From contig URHI01000003.1 of the NCBI GenBank assembly GCA_900547565.1, positions 1 to 50,574 on the forward strand: a stretch of 50,574 bases of DNA, read 5' to 3'. Under the pieces are notes generated by a model, which saw only the letters and a list, made by a program, of their open reading frames with translations, was not told the origin of the DNA and ran no database searches. The number at the start of each line of letters is the position of its first letter. Position 1 is the stretch's first letter. Source of the DNA: an uncultured Eubacteriales bacterium. GTDB lineage: Bacteria > Bacillota > Clostridia > Oscillospirales > CAG-272. The position numbers were made by a program, and so were the translations under genes. Positions 37,070 through 50,127 of this stretch are shown piece after piece.

Positions 37070-38209
37070 ATGGCAGAAAAAAGAGATTATTATGAGGTTC
37101 TCGGAGTACAGAAGGGCGCTTCCGAGGACGAATTGAAAAAAGCATACCGTGTGCTGGCCAAAAAATATCACCCCGACGTAAACCCGGGGGATAAGCAGGC
37201 TGAGGAAAAGTTCAAGGAAGTAAACGAGGCATACGAGGTGCTTTCCGATCCCGAAAAGCGGGCTAAATACGATCAATTCGGTCACGCCGCTTTTGACCCT
37301 GCGGCAGGTGCAGGTGGCGGTGCGGGCTTTGGAGGCTTTGAAGGCTTCGGCGATATAGGAGATATTTTCGGCAGCTTTTTCGGCGGTGGATTCGGCGGCC
37401 AGCAGCAGACCAGGCGTGGCCCGACGCGCGGAGACGATCTCGGTGTGCGCATTACCATTTCGTTTGAGGAAGCAGCCTTCGGAGTCAAAAAGGATATTTC
37501 ATACAACCGCGTAGAGAAATGCCCTGATTGCGGCGGCTCAGGTGCAGCCAAGGGGACAACGCCCGAAACATGTCCTGTTTGTCATGGCACCGGCCAGCGA
37601 AAGGTAACTCAGCGTATGATGGGTATGGCGTTTCAATCGACCACACCCTGCGATAATTGCCGCGGCACCGGAAAAGTAATCAAAAACCCGTGCCAGAATT
37701 GCCGCGGTACCGGATATATCAAGGTTACTAAAAAGCTTACCGTTTCCATCCCCGCAGGTATTGATGACGGTAACCGTATTGTTCAGCAGGGACAGGGCAA
37801 TGCCGGTCGCGCAGGCGGCCCGTCAGGAGATCTGATCATTGAGGTCTCTGTGAAGAAGCACAGCCTGTTCCGCCGTGAGGCCAACAACATATATTGCGAT
37901 GTGCCTCTTTCTGTTACAGAGGCTATACTCGGTGCGGAAATTCAGGTTCCATCGCTCGAGGGGCAGGAAAAGTTCACTGTTCCCGAGGGCACGCAGAACG
38001 GAACCAGTTTCACAATTAAAAACAAAGGTATTCCGTATGTAAACAATCCGGGACGCCGTGGTGATCTGGTGTTTACCGTCAACGTGGAGATACCGAGAGG
38101 CCTGAACGAAAAGCAAAAGGAGCACGTCCGCGCCTTTGCCGAGAGCTGCGGCGACAATAACTACACCAAGAAAACCGGATTTTTCAAAAGGATATTTGAC
38201 AGAAAATGA
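37070..38209 (+). CDS. dnaJ: molecular chaperone DnaJ
   Basis: J-domain DYYEVLGV...[10 protein letters not shown]-rich linker, four CxxCxGxG zinc motifs ([32 protein letters not shown]). Confidence 0.97.
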   Translation: MAEKRDYYEVLGVQKGASEDELKKAYRVLAKKYHPDVNPGDKQAEEKFKEVNEAYEVLSDPEKRAKYDQFGHAAFDPAAGAGGGAGFGGFEGFGDIGDIFGSFFGGGFGGQQQTRRGPTRGDDLGVRITISFEEAAFGVKKDISYNRVEKCPDCGGSGAAKGTTPETCPVCHGTGQRKVTQRMMGMAFQSTTPCDNCRGTGKVIKNPCQNCRGTGYIKVTKKLTVSIPAGIDDGNRIVQQGQGNAGRAGGPSGDLIIEVSVKKHSLFRREANNIYCDVPLSVTEAILGAEIQVPSLEGQEKFTVPEGTQNGTSFTIKNKGIPYVNNPGRRGDLVFTVNVEIPRGLNEKQKEHVRAFAESCGDNNYTKKTGFFKRIFDRK

Positions 38210-39165
38210 TCGATAAGGATTATGTCTGCGCAGACCGCGGAGAAGTGCGTGAGTGGACATGTATAAAAGTAACTGTGCCCACACCGCAGCTGAATACTTT
38301 GACGGCAGTTATGAGCATGGTCAGCAACAATCTGATGATTGAGGATATGAGTGACATTGACCTCAATACCTGCTACGGAGAGCTGATAGATGAAAGTATA
38401 CTGAATGCCGATACGTCACATGCGTCGGTTTCGGTATACCTGTCGGCTGAGGACAACTGCGCTGAACAGCTTGAGTATATCCGTGACCGACTTGCAGCGG
38501 CGGGAATTGACGGTAAAATCGAGATTACAGGAGTCAACGAGGAGGACTGGGCCGACTCGTGGAAACAGTATTATAAGCCGATAAAAATAGGCAAACGGGT
38601 GGTCGTTGTACCGCAATGGGAGCATTATGACTTTTCCGAAGACGATATCATCGTCAGCATGGACCCCGGTATGGCCTTTGGAACCGGCACGCACGAAACC
38701 ACACGGCTTGTAATGGAATTGCTTGAAAAATACACGTTGCCGGGCTGTAAAGTGCTTGATGTGGGGTGCGGCAGCGGTATTCTGGCGATATGTGCGGCAA
38801 AGCTTAGTGCCGGACAGTGCCGTGCTTACGATATAGATCTCACTGCCGTAAAGGTCGCGCGTGACAATATTGTTATGAATAAAGTCGAGGATCGTGTCAG
38901 CTGCGATCAGTCTGACTTGCTGGCACAGGTTGAAAATGACGGCGGCTATGATGTTATCTGCGCTAACATTGTTGCGGATATAATCATCAGAATGGCGCCG
39001 CAGGTGGCGTCTTATATGCGTCCGGGCGGAGTATTGCTTGCATCCGGTATAATCACCTCGCGCAGCGACGATGTTGTACGGGCGCTTGAGGCGGGTGGAC
39101 TTAGAGTCATCGAGCGCCGTGACGACAACGATTGGTGCGCCTTCGCTTTTGGCAGGAGGAGCTGA
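38206..39165 (+). CDS. prmA: ribosomal protein L11 methyltransferase PrmA
   Basis: ...[18 protein letters not shown]......D.I.....[13 protein letters not shown]....LE, SAM motif [16 protein letters not shown] overlaps the dnaJ stop (ATGA); the true start could be slightly downstream. Confidence 0.9.
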   Translation: MIDKDYVCADRGEVREWTCIKVTVPTPQLNTLTAVMSMVSNNLMIEDMSDIDLNTCYGELIDESILNADTSHASVSVYLSAEDNCAEQLEYIRDRLAAAGIDGKIEITGVNEEDWADSWKQYYKPIKIGKRVVVVPQWEHYDFSEDDIIVSMDPGMAFGTGTHETTRLVMELLEKYTLPGCKVLDVGCGSGILAICAAKLSAGQCRAYDIDLTAVKVARDNIVMNKVEDRVSCDQSDLLAQVENDGGYDVICANIVADIIIRMAPQVASYMRPGGVLLASGIITSRSDDVVRALEAGGLRVIERRDDNDWCAFAFGRRS

Positions 39166-39166
39166 T

Positions 39167-39910
39167 ATGCCCCGCTTTTTTGTGCAGGAAAATGATATAG
39201 TTGATGGCATCGTCACTCTGCGGGGTGACGACGCTCATCATATTTCCCGTTCGCTGAGAATGGCAGCGGGAGAGCATATTACTATTTGTGATCCCCGGGG
39301 GCGGCAGTTTGACTGCGTGCTGTCGGGTTTTTGTGATGTTGTGACGGCAAGCATTGTCGGAGAGATTGACGCCAGATGCGAGTCACCGGTGCAAATTCAT
39401 CTTTTTCAGGCGTTAGTTAAAGGTGACAAGCTGGATACCGTTATACAAAAGGCGGTGGAGTGCGGGGCGGCGGATATTACCCCGTTTGAGAGTTGCCGGT
39501 GTGTGGTTCGTGTGAAGCCCGAGGCCGAGAATGAGAGAACAGTAAGGAGATGCCGCATTGCACTTGAGGCCGCAAAGCAAAGCGGGCGGGGAACCGTGCC
39601 GAAAGTAATGCCCACGGTTGGCTTTGATGAAATGCTGGATTTTGCGCGCGGGCACGGCGGGCTTATCATTTGCTATGAGTGCGAAACGTCGGTCAGCCTG
39701 CGGCAATTGCTGAGCCAGATGCACTGTGAGGACAACATACGCCGAGAGATATGCCTTGCGGTCGGACCGGAGGGGGGCTTTTCTCCCGATGAGATTCAGC
39801 GTGCAACAGCCGCTGGAGCGCATACTGTCGGTTTGGGGCCGCGCATATTGCGCACCGAAACCGCCGCGGCATTTGCGCTTGGTTGCTTCGTTTATGAGTT
39901 CGAAATGTGA
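39167..39910 (+). CDS. rsmE: 16S rRNA (uracil1498-N3)-methyltransferase RsmE
   Basis: MPRFFV....I......L.GDDAHHI..SLRM..GE.I, ...L.QAL.KGDK.D.VIQKA.E.G...I.P, ...GPEGGFS..E. ATG 39167 starts 1 nt after the prmA stop codon, with a GGAGGAG SD. Confidence 0.92.
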   Translation: MPRFFVQENDIVDGIVTLRGDDAHHISRSLRMAAGEHITICDPRGRQFDCVLSGFCDVVTASIVGEIDARCESPVQIHLFQALVKGDKLDTVIQKAVECGAADITPFESCRCVVRVKPEAENERTVRRCRIALEAAKQSGRGTVPKVMPTVGFDEMLDFARGHGGLIICYECETSVSLRQLLSQMHCEDNIRREICLAVGPEGGFSPDEIQRATAAGAHTVGLGPRILRTETAAAFALGCFVYEFEM

Positions 39911-40012
39911 TATAATGTTGTAGAATAGCTGATTTTTTCCTGTGAGTTGTGGTTTTTGATAATATATAACAAAAAAAATTGTGATTTCTTATAAAAAATC
40001 TTAAAAACCCTA

Positions 40013-40041
40013 TTGAAAAATCACAAATTTTGGTGTAAAAT
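40013..40041 (+). promoter_or_regulatory. putative sigma-A promoter of the PucR-type regulator gene
   Basis: TTGAAA (40013-40018), 17 nt, TAAAAT (40036-40041). Bracketed by or overlapping an inverted repeat (39977-39987 / 40018-40029). Confidence 0.5.
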
Positions 40042-40089
40042 ATAGTTTAGTATATACAAAAACCTTTTATGAGAGGAAAGTAAGCTTAT

Positions 40090-41175
40090 ATGTCTAACAG
40101 ATTGTTTCAAAGTGTGATTCACCAAATGAAGGACGCGGTGGATCGCGTTATAGGCGTCATTGATGAGAATGGCGTTATTATTTCCTGCTCAGAGCTGGTA
40201 AAGATCGGTGAAATTCGCCAGGGAATACGGGATGAGCTGGCATATGCTTCGGATATAGTTGTGTCCGGAGGTTATACCTATCGTCCTATCAGCACAGGAA
40301 ATAAAACCGAATACATTGTCTTTGTCGAGGGTGATGACAAAATGGCGGAGAGAATGTCAAAGCTGCTTTCAATCTCTCTTGGCAATATCAAGAATTTGTA
40401 CGACGAAAAATATGACAAGGGCTCGTTCATCAAAAATATCATTCTTGACAACATTCTGCCCAGCGACATTTATATCAAGAGCAAGGAGCTGCATTTCAAC
40501 ACCGAGGAAACACGGATAGTTCTTCTGATAAAGTTCTTCGGAAAGACGGATATGATGCCGTTTGAGATGCTGCAGAATATGTTCCCGGACAAGTCAAAGG
40601 ACTATGTTATCAGCGTAGGCGAACATGACATAGTGCTTGTGAAGGATGTCAAGCCCGGTACCGACACCAAGGAAATAGAAAAACTGGCTACCAATATAGC
40701 CGATACTCTTTCCTCTGAGTTTTATACCCGTGTTTCTATAGGTATTTCCACATTTGTTGACAACATAAAGGATTTAGCCCGTGCTTACAAGGAAGCTCAG
40801 GTCGCACTTGAAGTCGGCAAGGTATTCGAAACAGAGAAAAATATTATAAGCTATGAAAATCTCGGCATCGGTCGTCTGATATATCAGCTGCCGACCACGC
40901 TGTGCGAAATGTTCCTCCAGGAAGTTTTCAAGAAGGGTAGCCTTGAATCACTTGATCGCGAAACACTCATGACTATACAGTGCTTCTTTGAAAACAATCT
41001 CAATGTTTCGGAAACCTCGAGAAAGCTGTTTGTGCACCGCAACACGCTGGTGTACCGGCTTGAAAAGATCCGCAAGATCACAGGACTTGATCTTCGTGAA
41101 TTTGAGCACGCCATAACCTTTAAGGTGGCTCTCATGGTTAAAAAATATCTTAACTCCAAGCCTACAAAATTCTGA
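40090..41175 (+). CDS. PucR/CdaR-family transcriptional regulator
   Basis: C-terminal PucR-type HTH ...NVSETSRKLFVHRNTLVYRLEKIRKITGLDLREFEHA..F..AL; N-terminal putative sensor domain. Confidence 0.85.
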   Translation: MSNRLFQSVIHQMKDAVDRVIGVIDENGVIISCSELVKIGEIRQGIRDELAYASDIVVSGGYTYRPISTGNKTEYIVFVEGDDKMAERMSKLLSISLGNIKNLYDEKYDKGSFIKNIILDNILPSDIYIKSKELHFNTEETRIVLLIKFFGKTDMMPFEMLQNMFPDKSKDYVISVGEHDIVLVKDVKPGTDTKEIEKLATNIADTLSSEFYTRVSIGISTFVDNIKDLARAYKEAQVALEVGKVFETEKNIISYENLGIGRLIYQLPTTLCEMFLQEVFKKGSLESLDRETLMTIQCFFENNLNVSETSRKLFVHRNTLVYRLEKIRKITGLDLREFEHAITFKVALMVKKYLNSKPTKF

Positions 41176-41299
41176 TTTTTACCGGTACGCTCCGGTGACA
41201 GCGTAAGCGAAATGCTCCGTGGCTATATTTCTGCGGGCGTTTCGCTTAACTTGATTATTCAGCACTGACAATGTCACAAATAAGAAAAAAGGTGCAAAA

Positions 41300-42613
41300 A
41301 TGTCAAAGAAAATTTCATTATCTGTATTTATTTTCGTACTGCTGGCGGCAATTCTGCTGAGCTTTCTCAGTGCATTTGTCGTGGTGTCACAGGTTTATGA
41401 CGCCGAGCTTAAGGCGGCGTACGAGTCTAATAAGTTGCCGTCGATAAACAACAATGACGACTCCGGATTTATTGCCGAGCTTAAAATGCTTGACAAATTG
41501 TTCAAAACGTATTCCATATACGATCTTGATGATGATGCTCTTTGCGAGGCTGTGCTAAAGGCATATGCCCACGCAACGGGCGATAAATACGCAGAATACT
41601 ATACTGCAGAAGAATATGCAGCACTCAATGCCGAGAATGCAGGGGATATGCAGGGAATCGGCGTGAATATCATTCAGAACACCGAATACAATTGCATTGA
41701 GGTAATCAATGTCATGCCTGATTCGCCCGCGCTTAAGGCCGGTGTGGAGCCGGGGGATCTGATCGTGTATGTCGGTATAGGCGATGCCCGTGAAAGCGTT
41801 GCGACGCTTGGATATACCAACGCGGTAAAAAAGCTGCAGGGAAAGGCCGGGACCGTGGCAGAGTTTGTGGTTCGCCGCGGTAAGGATTATTCCGAGGAAA
41901 AGGAATTTTCCATTGAGCGCGGCTCGTACACAAATCTGTCGGTTATGTACCATGTCTGTACAACCGATCCCAGCATAGGAATTGTCAAGCTGATCCAGTT
42001 TGATCTTACAACGCCGACTCAGTTCTGTGCGGCAGTTGATGAACTGAAGCAAAAAGGAATTGAAAAATTTGTATTCGATGTCAGGTACAATCCCGGCGGA
42101 GATCTTCAGTCAATATTGGCAGTGCTCAGCTATTTCCTCAATGAGGGCGATGTTGTTATAAGTACCGAGGATAACAATGGTACAAAAGAAGAAATGACGG
42201 TTGCGGTCAGCAAACAGGTTGGTGCCTATGCCGGCTGCAGTGTTTCAAAAGAGGATATCGGAAAATACCGTGACCTTAAGTTTGTTGTGCTCGCCAACGG
42301 AAGCACCGCCAGCGCGGCGGAGCTGTTCACTTCAAATTTCAGGGATTATAAGCTGGCCAAGATCGTAGGAACAACGACATACGGAAAAGGAACCATGCAG
42401 TCAATTTTCTCGCTGAGCTATTACGGCTATTCCGGAGGCGTCAAACTGACGACCCGACGCTACTTCCCGCCCTGCGGTGAGAGCTATGACGGAATTGGAA
42501 TAACCCCCGATATCGAGATAGAGCTTAGCGAAGAAGCGTCAAATATCAATATTTATAAGTTGTCCGATGCTGATGACAATCAGCTTCAGCGCGCTATTCA
42601 GGAATTAAAATAA
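41300..42613 (+). CDS. S41-family C-terminal processing peptidase (Ctp/Prc-like) with PDZ domain
   Basis: N-terminal TM anchor, PDZ (...VMPDSPALKAGVEPGDLIV.V...), catalytic Ser context LANGSTASAAELF and Lys context TTYGKGTMQ. Confidence 0.88.
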   Translation: MSKKISLSVFIFVLLAAILLSFLSAFVVVSQVYDAELKAAYESNKLPSINNNDDSGFIAELKMLDKLFKTYSIYDLDDDALCEAVLKAYAHATGDKYAEYYTAEEYAALNAENAGDMQGIGVNIIQNTEYNCIEVINVMPDSPALKAGVEPGDLIVYVGIGDARESVATLGYTNAVKKLQGKAGTVAEFVVRRGKDYSEEKEFSIERGSYTNLSVMYHVCTTDPSIGIVKLIQFDLTTPTQFCAAVDELKQKGIEKFVFDVRYNPGGDLQSILAVLSYFLNEGDVVISTEDNNGTKEEMTVAVSKQVGAYAGCSVSKEDIGKYRDLKFVVLANGSTASAAELFTSNFRDYKLAKIVGTTTYGKGTMQSIFSLSYYGYSGGVKLTTRRYFPPCGESYDGIGITPDIEIELSEEASNINIYKLSDADDNQLQRAIQELK

Positions 42614-42636
42614 CATTTATATAAGGGAGACCTAAA

Positions 42637-43128
42637 ATGAGCAAAAAAGCTGTACTCTATACTCAAGAGGGATACGATAAGCTGGTAGAAGAGCTTAATT
42701 ATCTGAAAAATGTAAGGCGTGAGGAAATAAAAGAGGATATAGCCGTGGCACGTTCCTTCGGCGATTTGTCCGAGAACGCCGAGTATGACGAGGCGAGAAA
42801 CGAGCAGGCAAAAACCGAAGCACGTATTAAAGAGCTTGAAGAAATGATAGTCAACGCTGTCATAGCCGATGAAACCAACATGGATGCGAGCGTCATCAGC
42901 ATGGGTTCTACGGTTAAGGTGTTTGATGAGGATTTCAATGAGGACGTTGAATATCAGATCGTTGGCTCAAATGAAGCAGATCCTCTGTTGGGCAAGATAT
43001 CGGATATGTCCCCTATCGGCAAGGCATTAGTGGGGAAAAAGGCTGGCGAAGAAGTAACTTTTGAAACTCCCGGTGGCGTTGCAAAGCTGAAAATACTTGA
43101 TGTTACAAGATCGCACAACAACGGCTAA
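42637..43128 (+). CDS. greA: transcription elongation factor GreA
   Basis: ...T.EGYDKL.EEL.YLK...R.EI...I..AR..GDLSENAEYD.A...Q......I.ELE coiled coil plus a C-terminal FKBP-like domain (...SP.G.AL.GKK.GE.V....PGG). Confidence 0.95.
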   Translation: MSKKAVLYTQEGYDKLVEELNYLKNVRREEIKEDIAVARSFGDLSENAEYDEARNEQAKTEARIKELEEMIVNAVIADETNMDASVISMGSTVKVFDEDFNEDVEYQIVGSNEADPLLGKISDMSPIGKALVGKKAGEEVTFETPGGVAKLKILDVTRSHNNG

Positions 43129-43152
43129 GACGGTAATTAATATCACATATAA

Positions 43153-43187
43153 GCAAAACAGCCGCTATATTAACGGCTGTTTTTGCT
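43153..43187 (+). terminator. intrinsic terminator after greA
   Basis: GCAAAACAGCCG-9 nt-CGGCTGTTTTTGC; the T-run forms part of the 3' arm. Confidence 0.8.
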
Positions 43188-43204
43188 GAATTTGAGGTAG
43201 TTTT

Positions 43205-43930
43205 ATGGATAAGATTCCTGAGGGCGATATAAAGGAAAAGAGTCCGTTTCTGCAGTGGCTGGATAATTACTGGTATCATTATAAGATGCAGACAATTGTA
43301 GTGCTTGTAGCACTGTTTGTAATTATTGTGTGTGTGCTGCAAACCTGTACACACTCGGAGAGCTACGATATGTCGGTACTGTATTCAGGACGGTGCGGAC
43401 TGACACAAAACGAGGCAAGTGAGTTGTCCGGTGTGTTGAGGCTTGCGTTGAGTGAAGACTACAATGGCGATGGAAAGAAGACTGTGGAGCTTGCAAAATA
43501 TCATGTTATGTCTGAGGAGCAGATGCGTCAAATGGCCTCCGAAACTCATGAAGACAGTATGCCGGTATACGTCGATCGCAATTTTTATGCAAAGGAATAC
43601 GAAAACTATTCCAATATGCTGGTGACAGGTGAGTATTCCGTTTGTATGCTTGACCCGTGGCTGTATGAAAAGCTGGCGTCCGCAGGACGGCTAAAAAAAC
43701 TGTCTGAAGTACTTACTGCCGTACCGGACGGTGCAGTCGGCGATTACGGTGTGAGTCTTGGAAGTACAGGGCTGTACAAATATTACGATGCTATGCGCGT
43801 ACTTCCCGAGGATACGGTAGTGTGCCTTATGCAGCCGTATGTCATAGGCAAGAGCAGCAGAGAAGAACACTATTCCAGGTGTATTGAAATGTTCAGAAAT
43901 ATAGTGGAGTTCAAATCTCGTGATATGTGA
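43205..43930 (+). CDS. hypothetical single-pass membrane protein, 241 aa
   Basis: Clean ORF with one TM helix (TIVVLVALFVIIVCVL) and a soluble C-terminal domain. No family recognised. Confidence 0.65.
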   Translation: MDKIPEGDIKEKSPFLQWLDNYWYHYKMQTIVVLVALFVIIVCVLQTCTHSESYDMSVLYSGRCGLTQNEASELSGVLRLALSEDYNGDGKKTVELAKYHVMSEEQMRQMASETHEDSMPVYVDRNFYAKEYENYSNMLVTGEYSVCMLDPWLYEKLASAGRLKKLSEVLTAVPDGAVGDYGVSLGSTGLYKYYDAMRVLPEDTVVCLMQPYVIGKSSREEHYSRCIEMFRNIVEFKSRDM

Positions 43931-43994
43931 ATCGTAGCATAACGATAATTTACGTAGTGTATCGCGCTACGAGCTTTGATCAATGTCACATTAT

Positions 43995-44033
43995 AAAAAT
44001 TGTCCCGGCCGAAATCAGCCGGGACAATTTTTA
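43995..44033. terminator. bidirectional terminator between convergent genes
   Basis: AAAAATTGTCCCGGC-loop-GCCGGGACAATTTTT. A perfect arm flanked by A- and T-runs serves both the 43205-43930 gene and lacZ. Confidence 0.88.
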
Positions 44034-44083
44034 TGTGATGAAGTTTCCGAGCCTTCGCGCCGACCTGTAATGCACGGTGGCTT

Positions 44084-47188
<3,105 letters not shown>

Positions 47189-47196
47189 TCATAAAT

Positions 47197-47225
47197 ATTA
47201 TGCCATATCACAGCGGTAAAGTCAA
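47197..47225 (-). promoter_or_regulatory. putative sigma-A promoter of lacZ
   Basis: Minus strand: TTGACT (47225-47220), 17 nt, TGgCATAAT (-10 at 47202-47197). Confidence 0.55.
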
Positions 47226-47550
47226 CAACTATAAACACAATATTTAAAAACCCATCTGATAATGGAATGATTTTACTGATTATTTAACACACTTTTGTAA
47301 ACATCTTACTTCACGCCCGGGATATATTGGAATGCTTCATCAAAACAAACAAAAACAGTACTGTAAAAACGTCAAATTGATACAAAATGATTGTTAAAAA
47401 ATTATCGGATTTGCTTGCAATTTGGGTAAAAATGTGATATCATTAAAGGTGGTGTTCTGTATATTGTGCGGTTGTGTGATCATGACCGCGGAAGCAGATG
47501 CCGCTATCGTGTGAAAATAAAAAAATAAATATGAAAGAGAGATTGACGAT

Positions 47551-48927
47551 ATGGAATATCGCATCGAACACGACTCCATGGGCGAGGTAAAGGTACCCGC
47601 TGACAAGTATTGGGCCGCACAGACCGAGCGTAGCCATGAAAACTTTAAGATCGGTGTGGGCATTGAGACAATGCCGCGCGAAATCATCCATGCCTTCGGC
47701 ATACTCAAAAAGGCCGCCGCGATTGCCAACCATGCGCTGAAGCCCGAAAAAATGACCGATGCCAAGCTTTCCGCCATTACGTCCGCTTGCGACGAGGTTA
47801 TTTCCGGCCAGCTCAATGAGCATTTTCCGCTGGTTGTCTGGCAGACCGGCTCCGGCACCCAGTCCAACATGAATGCCAACGAGGTCATTGCCAACCGTGC
47901 CAACGAAATCGCCGGTGCCAAGCTGTGTCACCCGAACGACGATATCAATATGAGTCAGTCCTCCAACGATACCTTCCCGACTGCAATGCACATCAGTGCG
48001 GTACTGGTTCTCGAGGATAAGGTAATTCCTGCCGTTGAGCAGCTTATCGCGACCTTCAAGCGCCTTGAGAAGGAAAACGAAGGCATTGTCAAGAGCGGAC
48101 GTACACATCTTCAGGATGCAACTCCCATTAAGTTCTCGCAGGAGATCAGCGGATGGAGATCTTCGCTTGAAAAGGATGTGGCGCTCATTAAGCTGGCTGT
48201 CACACCTCTGTACCAGCTGGCGCTGGGCGGAACCGCTGTCGGAACAGGACTTAATGCTCCCAAGGGCTTTGACACAGCCGTGGCCGATGCTGTCGCCCAG
48301 TTGACCGGTAAGCCGTTCGTTACTGCAGAAAACAAGTTCCATGCGCTTACCTCCAAAGACGAGCTGGTGTTTGCTCACGGTGCGCTCAAAGCACTGGCTG
48401 CCGATATGATGAAGATCGCAAACGATATCCGCTGGCTGGCAAGCGGTCCGCGTCTCGGTCTCGGTGAGATCCACATTCCCGAGAATGAGCCCGGTTCTTC
48501 CATTATGCCCGGTAAAGTTAACCCCACGCAGTGCGAGGCTGTTACTATGGTAGCCGTTCAGGTCATGGGCAACGATGTGGCTGTCGGCATGGCAGCTTCT
48601 CAAGGTAACTTCGAGCTGAACGTATTCATGCCCGTTTGCATATACAACTTTTTGCAGTCTGCACGCCTTCTGGCCGAGTCCATCATATCCTTTGACATCA
48701 ACTGTGCCGTCGGTATAACCGCCAACAAGGATAAGATGTATAACAACCTGCATAATTCACTTATGCTGGTTACTGCACTCAATCCTTACATAGGCTACGA
48801 AAACGCCGCCAAAACGGTTAAGCTGGCTTTTAAGGAAAATATTTCGCTCAAGGACGCCTGCGTAAAGCTGGGCTTCCTCACCGCCGAGAAATTCGACGAG
48901 GTGTTCCATCCCGAGCAGATGGCATAA
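47551..48927 (+). CDS. fumC: class II fumarate hydratase
   Basis: 458 aa. Fumarate-lyase signature GSSIMPGKVNPTQCE; ...VVWQTGSGTQSNMN...SSNDTFPTAMHI... Confidence 0.96.
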   Translation: MEYRIEHDSMGEVKVPADKYWAAQTERSHENFKIGVGIETMPREIIHAFGILKKAAAIANHALKPEKMTDAKLSAITSACDEVISGQLNEHFPLVVWQTGSGTQSNMNANEVIANRANEIAGAKLCHPNDDINMSQSSNDTFPTAMHISAVLVLEDKVIPAVEQLIATFKRLEKENEGIVKSGRTHLQDATPIKFSQEISGWRSSLEKDVALIKLAVTPLYQLALGGTAVGTGLNAPKGFDTAVADAVAQLTGKPFVTAENKFHALTSKDELVFAHGALKALAADMMKIANDIRWLASGPRLGLGEIHIPENEPGSSIMPGKVNPTQCEAVTMVAVQVMGNDVAVGMAASQGNFELNVFMPVCIYNFLQSARLLAESIISFDINCAVGITANKDKMYNNLHNSLMLVTALNPYIGYENAAKTVKLAFKENISLKDACVKLGFLTAEKFDEVFHPEQMA

Positions 48928-48949
48928 ATAAAAGGGAAGGGTCATTCAA

Positions 48950-49729
48950 ATGACATACAGTTATTATCCGGGATGTACTCTGAAAACCAAAGCCAAAGAG
49001 CTTGATCGCTACGCCCGCCTGTCGGCGGAAAAGTTGGGGATCAACCTTTGCGAGCTGCCCGAGTGGCAGTGTTGTGGCGGAGTATATCCGTTGGCTCATG
49101 ACGAGATAGCGACCAAGCTGTCATCAGTCAGAGCGCTTATGGCGGCCGGTGAGCAGGACGGGGTGCTGGTCACGCTGTGTTCCGCCTGCCACAACGTCAT
49201 CAAGCAAGTCAACCGGGATATGGCGCAGGATGATTATATAGCAACCCGCGTTAACAACTATCTCGGCTCAGACTATCACGGCGAGACCCGTGTCGTACAC
49301 TATCTTGAGCTACTCCGTGACGAGGTTGGTTTTGACAAGCTGCACAGTCTGGTGTCAAATCCGCTGACCGGGAAAAAGATAGGTGCTTATTACGGCTGCT
49401 TATTGCTTCGTCCGTCAAAGGTAATGCAGATGGACAATCCTGAGAACCCCAAAATACTTGAAGACTTTATCAGAGCCATCGGTGCCGATCCGGTGGTGTA
49501 TGCCAAGCGCAACGAGTGCTGCGGCGGGTATCTGACGCTTGAGGACAAGGCACAGGCTCACAAAAACGCAGGGGCGGTGCTTGATAATGCCGTGGCGCAG
49601 GGAGCCGAACTGCTTGTGACAGCCTGCCCGCTGTGTCGTTATAACCTCAACGCCTGCGGAGGCGAGCTGCCGGTGGTATATTTCACCGAGCTGTTGGCCG
49701 AGGCACTCGGATTAAAGGAGAATGAATGA
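48950..49729 (+). CDS. HdrB-like protein with two CCG (cysteine-rich) domains
   Basis: Two copies of the C...CCG...CxxC pattern: YYPGC...WQCCGG...LCSAC and YYGC...NECCGG...ACPLC. Starts 22 nt after the fumC stop codon with no intervening hairpin. Confidence 0.85.
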   Translation: MTYSYYPGCTLKTKAKELDRYARLSAEKLGINLCELPEWQCCGGVYPLAHDEIATKLSSVRALMAAGEQDGVLVTLCSACHNVIKQVNRDMAQDDYIATRVNNYLGSDYHGETRVVHYLELLRDEVGFDKLHSLVSNPLTGKKIGAYYGCLLLRPSKVMQMDNPENPKILEDFIRAIGADPVVYAKRNECCGGYLTLEDKAQAHKNAGAVLDNAVAQGAELLVTACPLCRYNLNACGGELPVVYFTELLAEALGLKENE

Positions 49730-50115
49730 TGAGTGAAAAGGTCACAAAAGAGGAAATACTCCGCATCAGCGGCGTAAATCCGCTCAAATGCATGCGTTGC
49801 GGCAAGTGCTCGGCCACATGCCCCGCATACGACGAGATGAGCTATCATCCGCATCAGTTCGTTTATATGGTTGAGCGTGGAGAGATTGACAAGCTCATGG
49901 AGGACAGCTCGGTTTACCGCTGTCTTACCTGCTTTGCCTGCGTTGAGCGTTGTCCCCGTCAGGTAGAGCCTGCCAAGCTGATTGAGGCTGTGCGCTTGGC
50001 GTGCATACGCAAGCAGGGTGAAAACCATCTGACAGCTGATGATCTTCCCGGACGGCTTGACCCCGAGCTGCCTCAGCAGGCCGTGGTCAGTGCTTACAGA
50101 AAGTATTCTAAGTAA
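49726..50115 (+). CDS. HdrC-like 2x[4Fe-4S] ferredoxin-domain protein
   Basis: CMRCGKCSATCP and CLTCFACVERCP. ATG overlaps the upstream stop (ATGA). Confidence 0.82.
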   Translation: MMSEKVTKEEILRISGVNPLKCMRCGKCSATCPAYDEMSYHPHQFVYMVERGEIDKLMEDSSVYRCLTCFACVERCPRQVEPAKLIEAVRLACIRKQGENHLTADDLPGRLDPELPQQAVVSAYRKYSK

Positions 50116-50127
50116 AGGAGAAAAGCA

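Noticed and set aside
39977-40029. Invertible promoter (inverton) hypothesis for the inverted repeat at the PucR-regulator promoter
   Set aside because: The arms are only about 9-10 bp and enclose about 30 bp, far smaller than known invertons. No invertase or recombinase gene is nearby. An operator is the simpler reading.
47482-47514. 10-codon mini-ORF (MTAEADAAIV) in the fumC 5' leader as a possible leader peptide
   Set aside because: There is no SD-like sequence upstream, no adjacent terminator/antiterminator pair, and no amino-acid bias suggesting attenuation. Most likely chance.
47443-48753. 436-aa ORF antisense to fumC, the longest shadow ORF in the window
   Set aside because: It is codon-aligned with fumC: 47551 minus 47443 is a multiple of 3. 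Antisense stops can therefore arise only where the sense strand uses TTA, CTA or TCA codons, which this gene avoids. The translation is low-complexity, has no SD and no recognisable motifs, and fumC on the other strand is unambiguous.
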